DNA of 41,168 nucleotides from an uncultured bacterium. GTDB taxonomy: Bacteria > Patescibacteriota > Minisyncoccia > UBA6257 > GWB1-50-10. The stretch covers positions 66,523-107,690 of the forward strand of contig CAIKKG010000024.1 in the NCBI GenBank assembly GCA_903827975.1, written 5' to 3'. Each line of letters starts with the position of its first letter. Within the stretch, counting starts at the first letter, position 1. The notes under the pieces were generated by a model. The model saw only the letters and a list, made by a program, of their open reading frames with translations, was not told the DNA's origin and did not search any database. Positions 28,136 through 36,847 of the stretch are shown piece after piece. Position numbers and translations under genes: made by a program.

Positions 28136-28675
28136 TTATGAGTTGATGACAAGGATGGCTAACGAGGCCTCCTCACCGGAGACAACTCCGCGCTCTACGG
28201 CCGCGGCAAGCTGGTATCTGGTAAGCCTAACAGCCTTTATTGCCGTACTAAACGGCATGAATAGTGGGCGGACAAAGCTGTCATTTTCTCTGTCGCCCAT
28301 GCCGTCGTAGTACTCTGCCCCAACCCGGACCTCTCCCTCCAGTGGGTCGGGGGATAGGCGCGTTATCATACCTATCAGGACCTCCCCTGAAAACCGCTGA
28401 CTGTGCTCGAAGCACCTGAGGTCAACGTATGGCATGATGACGGGCCTCTGCGCCTCCTCCTTGGCTTGTTCCGCCAAGTAGGAGGGGTTGAAAGCCTTGA
28501 TAGCCTCCTTCAACTCTTCCAAAGTTTCAATGATTTCGGCCTCGTGCTTTCGCACGATATAGGCCTCCGCACTGTTGTTCTTTAGGCGGAGTCGTGAGGC
28601 ACTAGCCTCGTTGCCCACGCGGTTAAGCACCGCGGCCAACTTCATTCTTGTGTCTACGACCTTCACCATCTTCAT
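28136..28675 (-). CDS. Orphan hypothetical protein (179 aa), GC-rich single-gene cassette
   Basis: SD GGAGG, upstream TTGACT-17-TATTAT promoter, own terminator; N-terminus weakly Phd/YefM-like. Confidence 0.75.
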   Translation of the reverse strand: MKMVKVVDTRMKLAAVLNRVGNEASASRLRLKNNSAEAYIVRKHEAEIIETLEELKEAIKAFNPSYLAEQAKEEAQRPVIMPYVDLRCFEHSQRFSGEVLIGMITRLSPDPLEGEVRVGAEYYDGMGDRENDSFVRPLFMPFSTAIKAVRLTRYQLAAAVERGVVSGEEASLAILVINS

Positions 28676-28761
28676 ATTGCCTCCGATGTGTGGGTTAGGT
28701 TTTTAAAGGATTGCTGAGTAAATAATAAACCAAAATCACGAAAAAGTCAATACCGGTGTGA

Positions 28762-30219
28762 TTATGGATATGGTATGAGCGAGCCCCCTTGTGGCGTGAT
28801 GTTTGGAATATTTTTATTTACTTCACGTGCTTTTCTCATGTCCGCCCTAAATCCGAATAGTGTGGATTGTAGTTCGCTCTCTATCGAAAGACCAGTCCCA
28901 ATCAAATTATTTTGTTCATTTGGATCATTTGTGAGATCATATAACTCATCTTTTGTGTTTATTGGCTCGTGCGTTATTAGTCTTTTCATCCAATAGTCAT
29001 ATGTGTTGAGTCCATCCTTTATTGCTGGGTTTCTCATAATGTATTTCCAATTGCCACGACGAACAGCGTATTCATCAAAGGGTGGTCGTTCTGTAAAAAT
29101 ATCATGTGATAAAACCTCACCATTTATGAGTGGAATGATGTTTGTTCCACTTGTGTGTTCTGGCGGTACACCCTGCGCTATAGCAACGAGTGTGGGCATA
29201 AGATCCATCGTATTTACAGGCGTCGCAATGCGCATCGGTTTAATATATGGGGGATAGATGATAGCAAGTGGAACGTGTGTGTTTACCTCGTAAAGATCAC
29301 GATGGAAGAAGTATCCGTGCTCTCCAAGATCATCACCATGCTCACTGCTTATAATAAACATTGTGTCTTTATACCAAGGTTCATTTTTAATACTTTCAAA
29401 GAATGTTCGGAGTTCCTCATCTACGTACTGAACACCTCTGTCATATGCCTCATTTAGGTATTTCTTATCATCATCTGTAAATTGGTGGAGGGTTGTTGCA
29501 TCTCTTTTTTCGGATGTATACATCGGGATAGACGAGGTACTCTGTGCTTCCCAAATAAACGAATGTTCCATTTTTGAATCATCAAAGACACTATTGTAAG
29601 AGCTCGACGCGCTCATATATGGAGAATGAGCGTCATAGATGTGCCAAAATATAAATGTAGAATTTCCCTTTTTTAAATATTCAGAAACATCCGTTTTTGA
29701 AAACGCAACATTCTTTGTGTTTTCGCTCATTTTGTAATACTGGAAGCTAGTACTCCACCCAAAGCGCGGCCATAGGCTTGGTGAAACAAATCCTGCTGTG
29801 TTGTATCCATAGTTTGTAAGTATGGAGGGGAGTAAAGGAAGAGATTTATTTATTGGGGTAGTCCACTGAATAACATTATTTTCCGAAGGATAGAGGCCGG
29901 AAAATAGCGCTGCATCACTTTGGAATGTTAGATATGCTGGAGTTTCAGCATTCTCAAAAATTGCACCCTTTTTCATAAGTGAATCAAGAAACGGTGTTGT
30001 GTCTTTTGAGTATCCATAGATGCCCATGCGGTCAGCACGCAACGAGTCTATATTTATAACTACAATGTTTTTAGGTTTTGGTATTTCTAGCGGATGAATA
30101 GATTCACTTTTTTGTATTTTTAAAACAATAATAACCGCGGTTATTATTGTCGCGGTTATTGTAAGCACTAACGCTTTATATATTATTTTTTTCCTGTTGG
30201 TTTTGTAATCGGTAGACAT
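28762..30219 (-). CDS. Membrane-anchored sulfatase-like (alkaline phosphatase superfamily) protein 1
   Basis: N-terminal TM; NIVVINIDSLRAD, HIYDAHSPY, SEHGD and ELYDLTNDPNE motifs. Start 30219 or 30255. Confidence 0.88.
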   Translation of the reverse strand: MSTDYKTNRKKIIYKALVLTITATIITAVIIVLKIQKSESIHPLEIPKPKNIVVINIDSLRADRMGIYGYSKDTTPFLDSLMKKGAIFENAETPAYLTFQSDAALFSGLYPSENNVIQWTTPINKSLPLLPSILTNYGYNTAGFVSPSLWPRFGWSTSFQYYKMSENTKNVAFSKTDVSEYLKKGNSTFIFWHIYDAHSPYMSASSSYNSVFDDSKMEHSFIWEAQSTSSIPMYTSEKRDATTLHQFTDDDKKYLNEAYDRGVQYVDEELRTFFESIKNEPWYKDTMFIISSEHGDDLGEHGYFFHRDLYEVNTHVPLAIIYPPYIKPMRIATPVNTMDLMPTLVAIAQGVPPEHTSGTNIIPLINGEVLSHDIFTERPPFDEYAVRRGNWKYIMRNPAIKDGLNTYDYWMKRLITHEPINTKDELYDLTNDPNEQNNLIGTGLSIESELQSTLFGFRADMRKAREVNKNIPNITPQGGSLIPYP

Positions 30220-31583
30220 TGATCTGCATATACTGGTGAGCAACCTAGTATCCATGGCCCCTTATCCGCATTCATTGCCTTAAGGTGTGCGAATAGTTTT
30301 TGTTCTAGTTCGTATGCTATTTTACCCTCTTTTACAGAAAGGTTTGTCTGTTCGTTTGGATCAGTATTCAAATTATACAACTCCTTTTTCCCGGTCTCCA
30401 TTGTTTCAATAAATTTCCACCCATCAACCGTTGTTATGCTGCGCTTATGTGTGTAGAGCCTGTAATCCGTTTCTGAATATACGTCATGCGCCACAGGTGT
30501 TCCTGAAAAGGATGGTGAGATATCAACTCCTTTCATAGCTTCTACAGGAGCAATTTTGAGCATTGAGAGTACTGTTGGCGCAAGATCAAGCGTACTCACA
30601 AGATCTGTGATTGTTTTTGGTTGTGTCTGTCCAGGTGCGTGAATTGCAAAAAGCGTATTAAGTAGCTCACCATAGAGTGTGTGCCCATGATCAATGCCAT
30701 TGTGCTCAAAGAACTCGGTTCCATGATCACTTATAACGGCAATAATTGTGTTATCCGATATACCTAATGAATCTACATATTTCATAAAGTCACCGAACTC
30801 AGCATCTGCTCTTGAAATCTTCTCATCGTAGATTGCTCTCCAGAAGGCTTTATCTTCTGCGGAAAGCGAGAGGCCATGATTTGCAAGACTCTGTTCGCGA
30901 AGTATTCCTTGTTCCTTTGTACTACCAGTATATATTCCATTATATGGTTTCTGTACGTAACGGTAGTCATACTCCTTTGGTGCATACTGACCATGAACGT
31001 CATAACCATGTACGAATAGGAAGAATTTATTATCCTTATTTTTTGAGAGCCAGTCCTTAGCCATCGGCACGCTTGTATCTAACCCACCAAATGTTGTCTT
31101 GTCGTAATACGTATCAAATCCTTGCGCGTGGCCAAATGCAGCACTGATGCCAGCATCGCCGGTGAATCCTGCGGTTGCATATCCATTTTGTTTTAAGATT
31201 TGCGCAAGTGTTACTGCGTTAGGACTTAGGTTTTTTAAATTAGCTTTTACTAGCGATGTTGTTGCTCCAGTAACATCTTCAACCATCTTGTTTACAACCT
31301 TGTGTTCGCTGGGGTATAGGCTTGTGAATATAGACATAAAAGATGGAACGGTCCACGAGGCTGGGCTAACCGTGTTTCTGTAGAGGTATGAGTCTCCGAG
31401 AAACTTATCAAGATTTGGGGTTATATCTTTATCATATCCATATGCTGGTAGATGTTTTGCTTGGAGCCCATCAAACGCAAATACAATTAGGTTGCGCTGT
31501 TGTTTTGGTTTTATTGCAACAAAATAGATTGCGGAAATGATTGCAATACCAACAAGAAGTGTGGTGATGAGTTTCGGTTTCAT
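30183..31583 (-). CDS. Membrane-anchored sulfatase-like protein 2
   Basis: N-terminal TM; FDGLQAKH, WTVPS, HGYDVH, SDHG, HGHTLY and ELYNLNTDPNEQ motifs. The ORF-track extension to 31847 is judged spurious. Confidence 0.88.
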   Translation of the reverse strand: MKPKLITTLLVGIAIISAIYFVAIKPKQQRNLIVFAFDGLQAKHLPAYGYDKDITPNLDKFLGDSYLYRNTVSPASWTVPSFMSIFTSLYPSEHKVVNKMVEDVTGATTSLVKANLKNLSPNAVTLAQILKQNGYATAGFTGDAGISAAFGHAQGFDTYYDKTTFGGLDTSVPMAKDWLSKNKDNKFFLFVHGYDVHGQYAPKEYDYRYVQKPYNGIYTGSTKEQGILREQSLANHGLSLSAEDKAFWRAIYDEKISRADAEFGDFMKYVDSLGISDNTIIAVISDHGTEFFEHNGIDHGHTLYGELLNTLFAIHAPGQTQPKTITDLVSTLDLAPTVLSMLKIAPVEAMKGVDISPSFSGTPVAHDVYSETDYRLYTHKRSITTVDGWKFIETMETGKKELYNLNTDPNEQTNLSVKEGKIAYELEQKLFAHLKAMNADKGPWILGCSPVYADQCLPITKPTGKK

Positions 31584-31600
31584 ATATTCCATTGTAACAA

Positions 31601-31821
31601 AAAAACACCCGAATGGGTGTTTTCTCTTTTGTGGAGATGACCGGAGTTTCACTGCTCGACCATTCAGAATGTTCTCCACTCTAAAACCCTGCGGTTTTAG
31701 TATTTCCGCCACGGGGAAACAAGTTTCCCCGACCCCCTTTTTCGGTTCAACTCCTCTGGTTATGTTAAAAAATAAAAACACCCGTTTGGGTGTTTTCTCT
31801 TTTGTGGAGATGACCGGAGTT
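31601..31821. repeat. 48-bp direct repeat (tmRNA 3' end plus terminator) flanking a 125-bp hairpin-rich insert
   Basis: 31601-31648 and 31774-31821 are identical at 46/48 positions; the insert carries an inverted copy of the tmRNA T-arm. Confidence 0.9.
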
Positions 31822-32143
31822 GAACCGGTGTCCAAAATACTTCTCACAAACCGTCTACAAGCTTAGTTCGATTTAACTCGGAACAAATGATTCTAATTTT
31901 AACAACGGTTTACGAATCATTACGCCGTTGCGATTTTCAAATATAACACCGGCACTCCTCTATGAAACCTCGAGGACCGATGCCACTGCTATAAAAGCGG
32001 TGGAACACATTCATTACGCAAAAGCGAATGAAGGTGCTGCAACACGAGTGTTGTCAGTTAATGTTTTTTGAATGGTTTATACGAGGCACTCAGCTCGGCC
32101 TGCAAATTTATGAGTGGGTATTCTGTCAAAGCCCAACATCCCC
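31805..32143 (-). ncRNA. ssrA: tmRNA
   Basis: 5' GGGGATG pairs with 3' CATCTCC-A including G3-U; T-arm CCGG-TTCAACT-CCGG; tag frame 32055-32014 encodes (A)DNTRVAAPSFAFA*; lies 18 bp downstream of smpB; CCA not encoded. Confidence 0.95.
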
Positions 32144-32161
32144 ATTTGAATTAGTAATGAA

Positions 32162-32596
32162 CTAGATATTCCTTCGGATTTCGCGCTCAGTATCTCTCTT
32201 CTTAATTGCTTCGCGTTTGTCAGCCTTATTTTTACCACGCCCTAATCCGAGCTCAATCTTTATAAACCCACGAATATTATACGATTTTAGGGGTACAAGT
32301 GTCAATCCTTCGTTTAGTTTACCAAAAACATGCTGTATCTCCTTTTTTGTTAGTAGGAGTTTTCGTGTGCGCATCGGGTCATAATTACTAGGAGCATTCT
32401 TTACCTGGAATGGATGTATTGTTGCTCCAACTAGGTATGCCTCACCACCACGAATAATCGCGTGACTTCCTGACAAATCAAACCTGCCCATTTTAACAGA
32501 TTTTGCTTCATGACCAAGAAGCTCAACACCAGCTGTGAGTTTTTCCTGAATCTCGTAATCGAATGTTGCCTTTTTGTTTATTGAGTATGGTTCCAT
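32162..32596 (-). CDS. smpB: SsrA-binding protein SmpB
   Basis: NKKATFDY, AGVELLGHEAKSVK, RTRKLLL and DKREAIKKR motifs. Confidence 0.97.
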   Translation of the reverse strand: MEPYSINKKATFDYEIQEKLTAGVELLGHEAKSVKMGRFDLSGSHAIIRGGEAYLVGATIHPFQVKNAPSNYDPMRTRKLLLTKKEIQHVFGKLNEGLTLVPLKSYNIRGFIKIELGLGRGKNKADKREAIKKRDTEREIRRNI

Positions 32597-32672
32597 TACT
32601 ACTTCAAAATAGCACTTTATTTAATGGGTTGAAAGACTTTTGTATTTTGCCAACGTCTGCTTTAATGAGTAT

Positions 32673-34256
32673 ATGAGAGAGAAGATAATATCTTTGCTTA
32701 AAAAACAAATTTCAGAGGATGTAATGCCTGTGGTTTCTGTTGCGGAAAATAAAGTGTTTGGGCACTACACAACAAATATTGCATTCAGACTTGGTAAGCT
32801 TCGCGGGAAAAATCCGCGCGATGTGGTTGAGGATTTGGCAAAAGAAATAAAAAAAGAAAAGTTATTTGAACGTGTCGAGGTTGCCGGTGGGGGATTCTTA
32901 AATTTTTGGATTTCGCAAAAAACTCTCGCTAAGGAACTCACTGAGATTTTAAATAAGAAAGATTTATATGGTAAAAAGAAACTTCCAAAAGGAAAGAAGA
33001 AGAAAATCCAAATTGAATTCATTTCTGCAAACCCGACTGGACCACTTACACTTGCGAACGGCAGGGGCGGTTTTTTGGGTGATGCGATTGCAAATGTATT
33101 AGAGTCCGCGGGTCACAATGTTGAGCGTGAATATTATGTAAACGATGCTGGTAATCAGGTGCGCACGTTTGGACTTTCACTTATTGCTTGTGCTGGCATA
33201 ATTCCCTTTGAGGAGAATTTTTATAAAGGCGAGTATGTAAAGGAGTGGGCAGAAAAGAATGTTAAAACCGTAAAAAAGCTAAAAGATGATCCAGAAAAAC
33301 TTGGAGCAACAGCAGCGAAAGATTTTTTGAAGTTAATTAAAATTGCAGTAGAGAAGAAGGCGGGGATAAAGTTTGATAGGTATACATCGGAGAAGCTGGA
33401 TGTTCATGATAAAAAGTATATTGAGAAGACACTTAAACTTTTTAGTGAGCTTGGGGTGTCTTATGAGCAGGATGGTGCGTTGTGGCTTCGAACAACAGAC
33501 TACGGTGATGATAAGGATAGAGTTCTTATAACTAGTGAAAAAACGCCAACATATTTTTTGGCAGATGCTGGGCATTATCTAGAAACAAAAAAGAGGGGAT
33601 TTGATGGCAAGATTCTTATTCTAGGTCCAGATCACTACGGATATGTAAGCAGAATTCAGGCTGCCGCAAAGATTGTTGGGTTAGAGAATTCAGACGTTAT
33701 AATCACCCAGGCTGTTAGATTATTAAGTGGTGGAAAGGAGGCTAAAATGTCTAAGAGAAAGGGCGTTTTTGTTACGTTTGGAGAGCTTGTTGAGGATGTC
33801 TCTGCTGATGCTGCCAGGTTCTTCTTTTTGATGATTTCTCCTGATACTCATATGGACTTCGATATTGATTTAGCAAAAGAGCGCTCACTTAAGAACCCCG
33901 TATTCTATGCCCAGTATGCTCATGTGCGAGCGCTTAGCATTATTAAAAAAGCGCGGGTTAAAAAAGGTAAGATTGATTTGTCTTTACTAGATACTAAGGA
34001 GGATATAAATCTCATCCTTAAGCTTTCTGAATTCCCAGAAATTCTAGAGGATTCTTCAAGTGACTATGCAATTCATAGAATAACGCGATACATCCTGGAA
34101 CTTTCAAAAACATTCCATAACTTCTATGAGGTTGAACGGGTAAGTGGGGTATCAGATGAGCTTGCTCGTGCAAGACTTGAGCTCGTATCTGCTTCTGCAA
34201 TTGTTATTAAAAATGCACTTGATGTTCTCGGTGTTGGCTCGCCAAAAAAGATGTAA
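32673..34256 (+). CDS. argS: Arginine--tRNA ligase
   Basis: GFLNF, EFISANPTGPL, DDKDRV, KMSKRKG, NPVFYAQYAH and C-terminal PKKM motifs. Confidence 0.96.
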   Translation: MREKIISLLKKQISEDVMPVVSVAENKVFGHYTTNIAFRLGKLRGKNPRDVVEDLAKEIKKEKLFERVEVAGGGFLNFWISQKTLAKELTEILNKKDLYGKKKLPKGKKKKIQIEFISANPTGPLTLANGRGGFLGDAIANVLESAGHNVEREYYVNDAGNQVRTFGLSLIACAGIIPFEENFYKGEYVKEWAEKNVKTVKKLKDDPEKLGATAAKDFLKLIKIAVEKKAGIKFDRYTSEKLDVHDKKYIEKTLKLFSELGVSYEQDGALWLRTTDYGDDKDRVLITSEKTPTYFLADAGHYLETKKRGFDGKILILGPDHYGYVSRIQAAAKIVGLENSDVIITQAVRLLSGGKEAKMSKRKGVFVTFGELVEDVSADAARFFFLMISPDTHMDFDIDLAKERSLKNPVFYAQYAHVRALSIIKKARVKKGKIDLSLLDTKEDINLILKLSEFPEILEDSSSDYAIHRITRYILELSKTFHNFYEVERVSGVSDELARARLELVSASAIVIKNALDVLGVGSPKKM

Positions 34257-34258
34257 AC

Positions 34259-34287
34259 AAAAACCACCCTTTCGGGTGGATTTTTTT
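34259..34287. terminator. Bidirectional terminator
   Basis: CCACCC-tttc-GGGTGG flanked by A/T tracts. Confidence 0.8.
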
Positions 34288-34669
34288 AATTAGCTATTAC
34301 TTCTTTAACCTTAGCTACCACATCCTCAAGCTTCCAATCCGCTTTTACTAGGTAGTAAACCGGCTCAGTCTCCACTACCTCACGCATTATCTTGTCATCT
34401 GGAGAGAGGTTGGAGAGTATTATAACTGGAACCTTCTTACCCCAATCATCCTTTCGTAATTCCTCTAACATCGCCATTCCACCCATTCTCGGCATTATTA
34501 TGTCTAACAATATAAGATCTGGCTTTTCTTTTAGTGCTGTGGCTAGCCCTTCCTCACCGTCCTTAGCTTCAAGGGCTACCATTCCTTCGTGAACAAGCTT
34601 TTCAGCTAGCGCCTGCCTGATAGGTCCATGATCCTCAACTATTAGAACTTTTTTTTCATTATTTGCCAT
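34286..34669 (-). CDS. Single-domain response regulator (receiver only)
   Basis: LIVED, PDLILLDIIMP, VIILSN and YLVK motifs. Confidence 0.93.
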   Translation of the reverse strand: MANNEKKVLIVEDHGPIRQALAEKLVHEGMVALEAKDGEEGLATALKEKPDLILLDIIMPRMGGMAMLEELRKDDWGKKVPVIILSNLSPDDKIMREVVETEPVYYLVKADWKLEDVVAKVKEVIAN

Positions 34670-34683
34670 TTTATTATTTTATC

Positions 34684-35049
34684 TTATGCGATGCGCGCAC
34701 TTTCTATTTTTTCTATTATTTCGTTAATTGGGTGTTGCGCCTTAACAAAATAATCAATTGCACCCAAAGCAAAAGCCTTTTTAATATTTTCGTCTTCTCC
34801 AAGGTTGGAAAGGACAATAACGGGAATCATTTTTAATTCCTCATCGGCTTTTAACTCCTTTAAAACGGAGAAACCATCTTTTTTTGGTAGAATCAAATCA
34901 AGAAGAATCATCTCAGGTTTAAATGAGCGAGCAATCGCAATTGCTACCTCACCATCCCCAGCAACCCTTGTCTCAAAATTCGCCTTTTTTAGTTTCTCAT
35001 CCAGAACAAAGGATAGTGTCTTTTCATCCTCCACAATTAGAATTTTCAT
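34684..35049 (-). CDS. Single-domain response regulator (receiver only)
   Basis: ILIVEDE, ILLDLILPKKDG, VIVLSN and DYFVK motifs. Confidence 0.93.
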   Translation of the reverse strand: MKILIVEDEKTLSFVLDEKLKKANFETRVAGDGEVAIAIARSFKPEMILLDLILPKKDGFSVLKELKADEELKMIPVIVLSNLGEDENIKKAFALGAIDYFVKAQHPINEIIEKIESARIA

Positions 35050-35101
35050 ATAATATAGACTTTTGTTATTGTATCACAATAATAAAGCTAGGTCACTATT
35101 A

Positions 35102-36829
35102 CTAATCCTCAATCTCCGAGATGTTTTCAGTTATGTACTTTTCAGTCTTATCAAGCGAAGAAACCATCTTTTTTAGAGAAAATTCAATATTTGCTATGTC
35201 GTCACTATTCATTTTCTTAGCATTGAAGACTTCCATTGCTGAAGTTATTTCATTTTTCACCATTCCGAACGCGTGAACCACGTCGCGGTTCGCTATTATA
35301 ATCTGATTCTCCCTTCTTCTAATAGATTTCTTATTGTAAAAGAAGCCAAGTAAAAAACTTAGTATTAACGTAGTAAGAAGTGTCCAAATAAGGGCCATCT
35401 GTGTTACGGGGATTCCAAAAAGAATAGCAAGTGGCCTGTCCTTAACCGAGATCATGAGTGGTTTGGCCGGCATGCTTAGTGCGCCCCTATCATCTATAGT
35501 TGTTGCGATTACGGAATATGTGCCACGAGGAAGTAGATTATCAACTAGAAAATCATAAATTCCGAACGGGTCCGCGTGGGCAGTCTTTTCAAATGAAATT
35601 CCTGAAGCTGTGTTCTTGACCTCAATTTTTACATTTTTGTCGGGTTGTGTTGTACCGCGGAAACTCAAACCACTTTCATTTGTATATATATCCCTGTTCG
35701 CGAGTGAGATTGTGGGGGAGTCAAGCGGGACTATTTTTATATCTAAGTAGTTTTCAGTTATGTTTCCAGCTATGTCTAATGCACTAACTTTCACTTGGTG
35801 TTTGCCTGGGGTTTGTGCTGGAACAGCAAATGATGTGCTTGTTGCGTATCCAACTTCTTTTCCGTCTATAGTAATCTCATATTTGTTTATTCCAGAAAGT
35901 TGGTCAGCGCTTTCGAATGTCAGTATTGGACTCGGATTAGTGACTGAGTTACCGAAGTCCGCCTTTATTTCGAAAGGAATTGGAGGCGCTGTGTCTATTG
36001 AGATTTTATAGTGCTCTGCTGGGCCCCAACCTACATTATTTTTATACTGCGCATGTAGATACCAGATCCCATCAGTTAGAGTATCAAAACTTTTGTTGTC
36101 AAAAAGACCCTCAGATTTAATAGTTGTATCTGTCGGATTTTTTGAAATCAGTGTTGAGATGTCTGTTATGTCTCCAGGAAGAACAAACTCCACATTGAAG
36201 CGTGTAGAGATTGAAGACCAACCAGTTGATGTTGGATATACCTTTATTGAGAATTTTGGTTTTGATGGAAGGCCTGAAGCTATTGTAGCTTGGCGCGTAA
36301 TCTGTGATGGAGTGATTGCTATAATATTGCTCTGACTAGCACTTGTTATCTGCACGCCAGTTGTTCCTTTCATTACATTTGTTCCACTTCCATCACTTGC
36401 TGTTATTGCACCATCAATGAATGTGATGTCAGACTTTCCAATTCCCTTTACCTTGAAGGTAACCCTAAATACCTCAAGCGAGGTTCCAGCAAACCCACTC
36501 GTTGAACCACCAAGGAAGGTGACCCTACCAGTTGAATTTGTAAATGATGGTTCCTGGAGCCAGAAATTAAATACAGAATTTGTTCTATCAATTTTTAATA
36601 CGGATAAAACGTCGGGAGAGAATGAAATAGTTCCCTGAGATGCATTTATTCCGACGCCTTCTGTATCCATTTTTACGTCCGCTGTAAATTCACTCCCTAC
36701 AGGAAATGCCTGTTTGTCCAGAGAGAGTGTGAATGTTGCGGCGCGCGCAATAAATGGTGTTGCTAAAAGTGTGTACGCAATAAATATAAGCGCGCCAAAT
36801 ATTTTTTTCTTTTGGAAAATATTATTCAT
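35102..36829 (-). CDS. Cell-surface protein: signal peptide, cohesin-like domain, Ig-like domains, TM anchor and cytoplasmic coiled tail
   Basis: Signal ending ARA; VG.EFTADV...INASQGTISFSPDVL.V..I...SVFNFW...G.V.F.GG pattern is cohesin-like; IDTAPP/D..SGI..Y/A.DIAGN is Ig-like; TM near aa 475-500. Confidence 0.8.
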   Translation of the reverse strand: MNNIFQKKKIFGALIFIAYTLLATPFIARAATFTLSLDKQAFPVGSEFTADVKMDTEGVGINASQGTISFSPDVLSVLKIDRTNSVFNFWLQEPSFTNSTGRVTFLGGSTSGFAGTSLEVFRVTFKVKGIGKSDITFIDGAITASDGSGTNVMKGTTGVQITSASQSNIIAITPSQITRQATIASGLPSKPKFSIKVYPTSTGWSSISTRFNVEFVLPGDITDISTLISKNPTDTTIKSEGLFDNKSFDTLTDGIWYLHAQYKNNVGWGPAEHYKISIDTAPPIPFEIKADFGNSVTNPSPILTFESADQLSGINKYEITIDGKEVGYATSTSFAVPAQTPGKHQVKVSALDIAGNITENYLDIKIVPLDSPTISLANRDIYTNESGLSFRGTTQPDKNVKIEVKNTASGISFEKTAHADPFGIYDFLVDNLLPRGTYSVIATTIDDRGALSMPAKPLMISVKDRPLAILFGIPVTQMALIWTLLTTLILSFLLGFFYNKKSIRRRENQIIIANRDVVHAFGMVKNEITSAMEVFNAKKMNSDDIANIEFSLKKMVSSLDKTEKYITENISEIED

Positions 36830-36847
36830 ACTATTATTATAGCAATT

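Noticed and set aside
28051-28152. ORF-track extension of infC to 200 aa
   Set aside because: It crosses a terminator and the promoter; IF3 similarity begins at the ATT at 28050.
31601-31821. CRISPR array or intact prophage/integrative element at ssrA
   Set aside because: Only two repeat copies, both derived from the tmRNA end; no cas, integrase or phage genes in the window.
31584-31847. N-terminal extension of the 554-aa sulfatase ORF and the antisense ORF 31537-31866
   Set aside because: They run through the tmRNA 3' end, terminators and the repeat element; the signal anchor and -10 box indicate a start at 31583.
21961-34256. CGG codon reassignment suggested by the broken tRNA-Arg(CCG)
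   Set aside because: CGG occurs at a position that is typically Arg in ArgRS (FYEVERV, about 34137), so Arg decoding seems retained; the evidence is limited to few sites.
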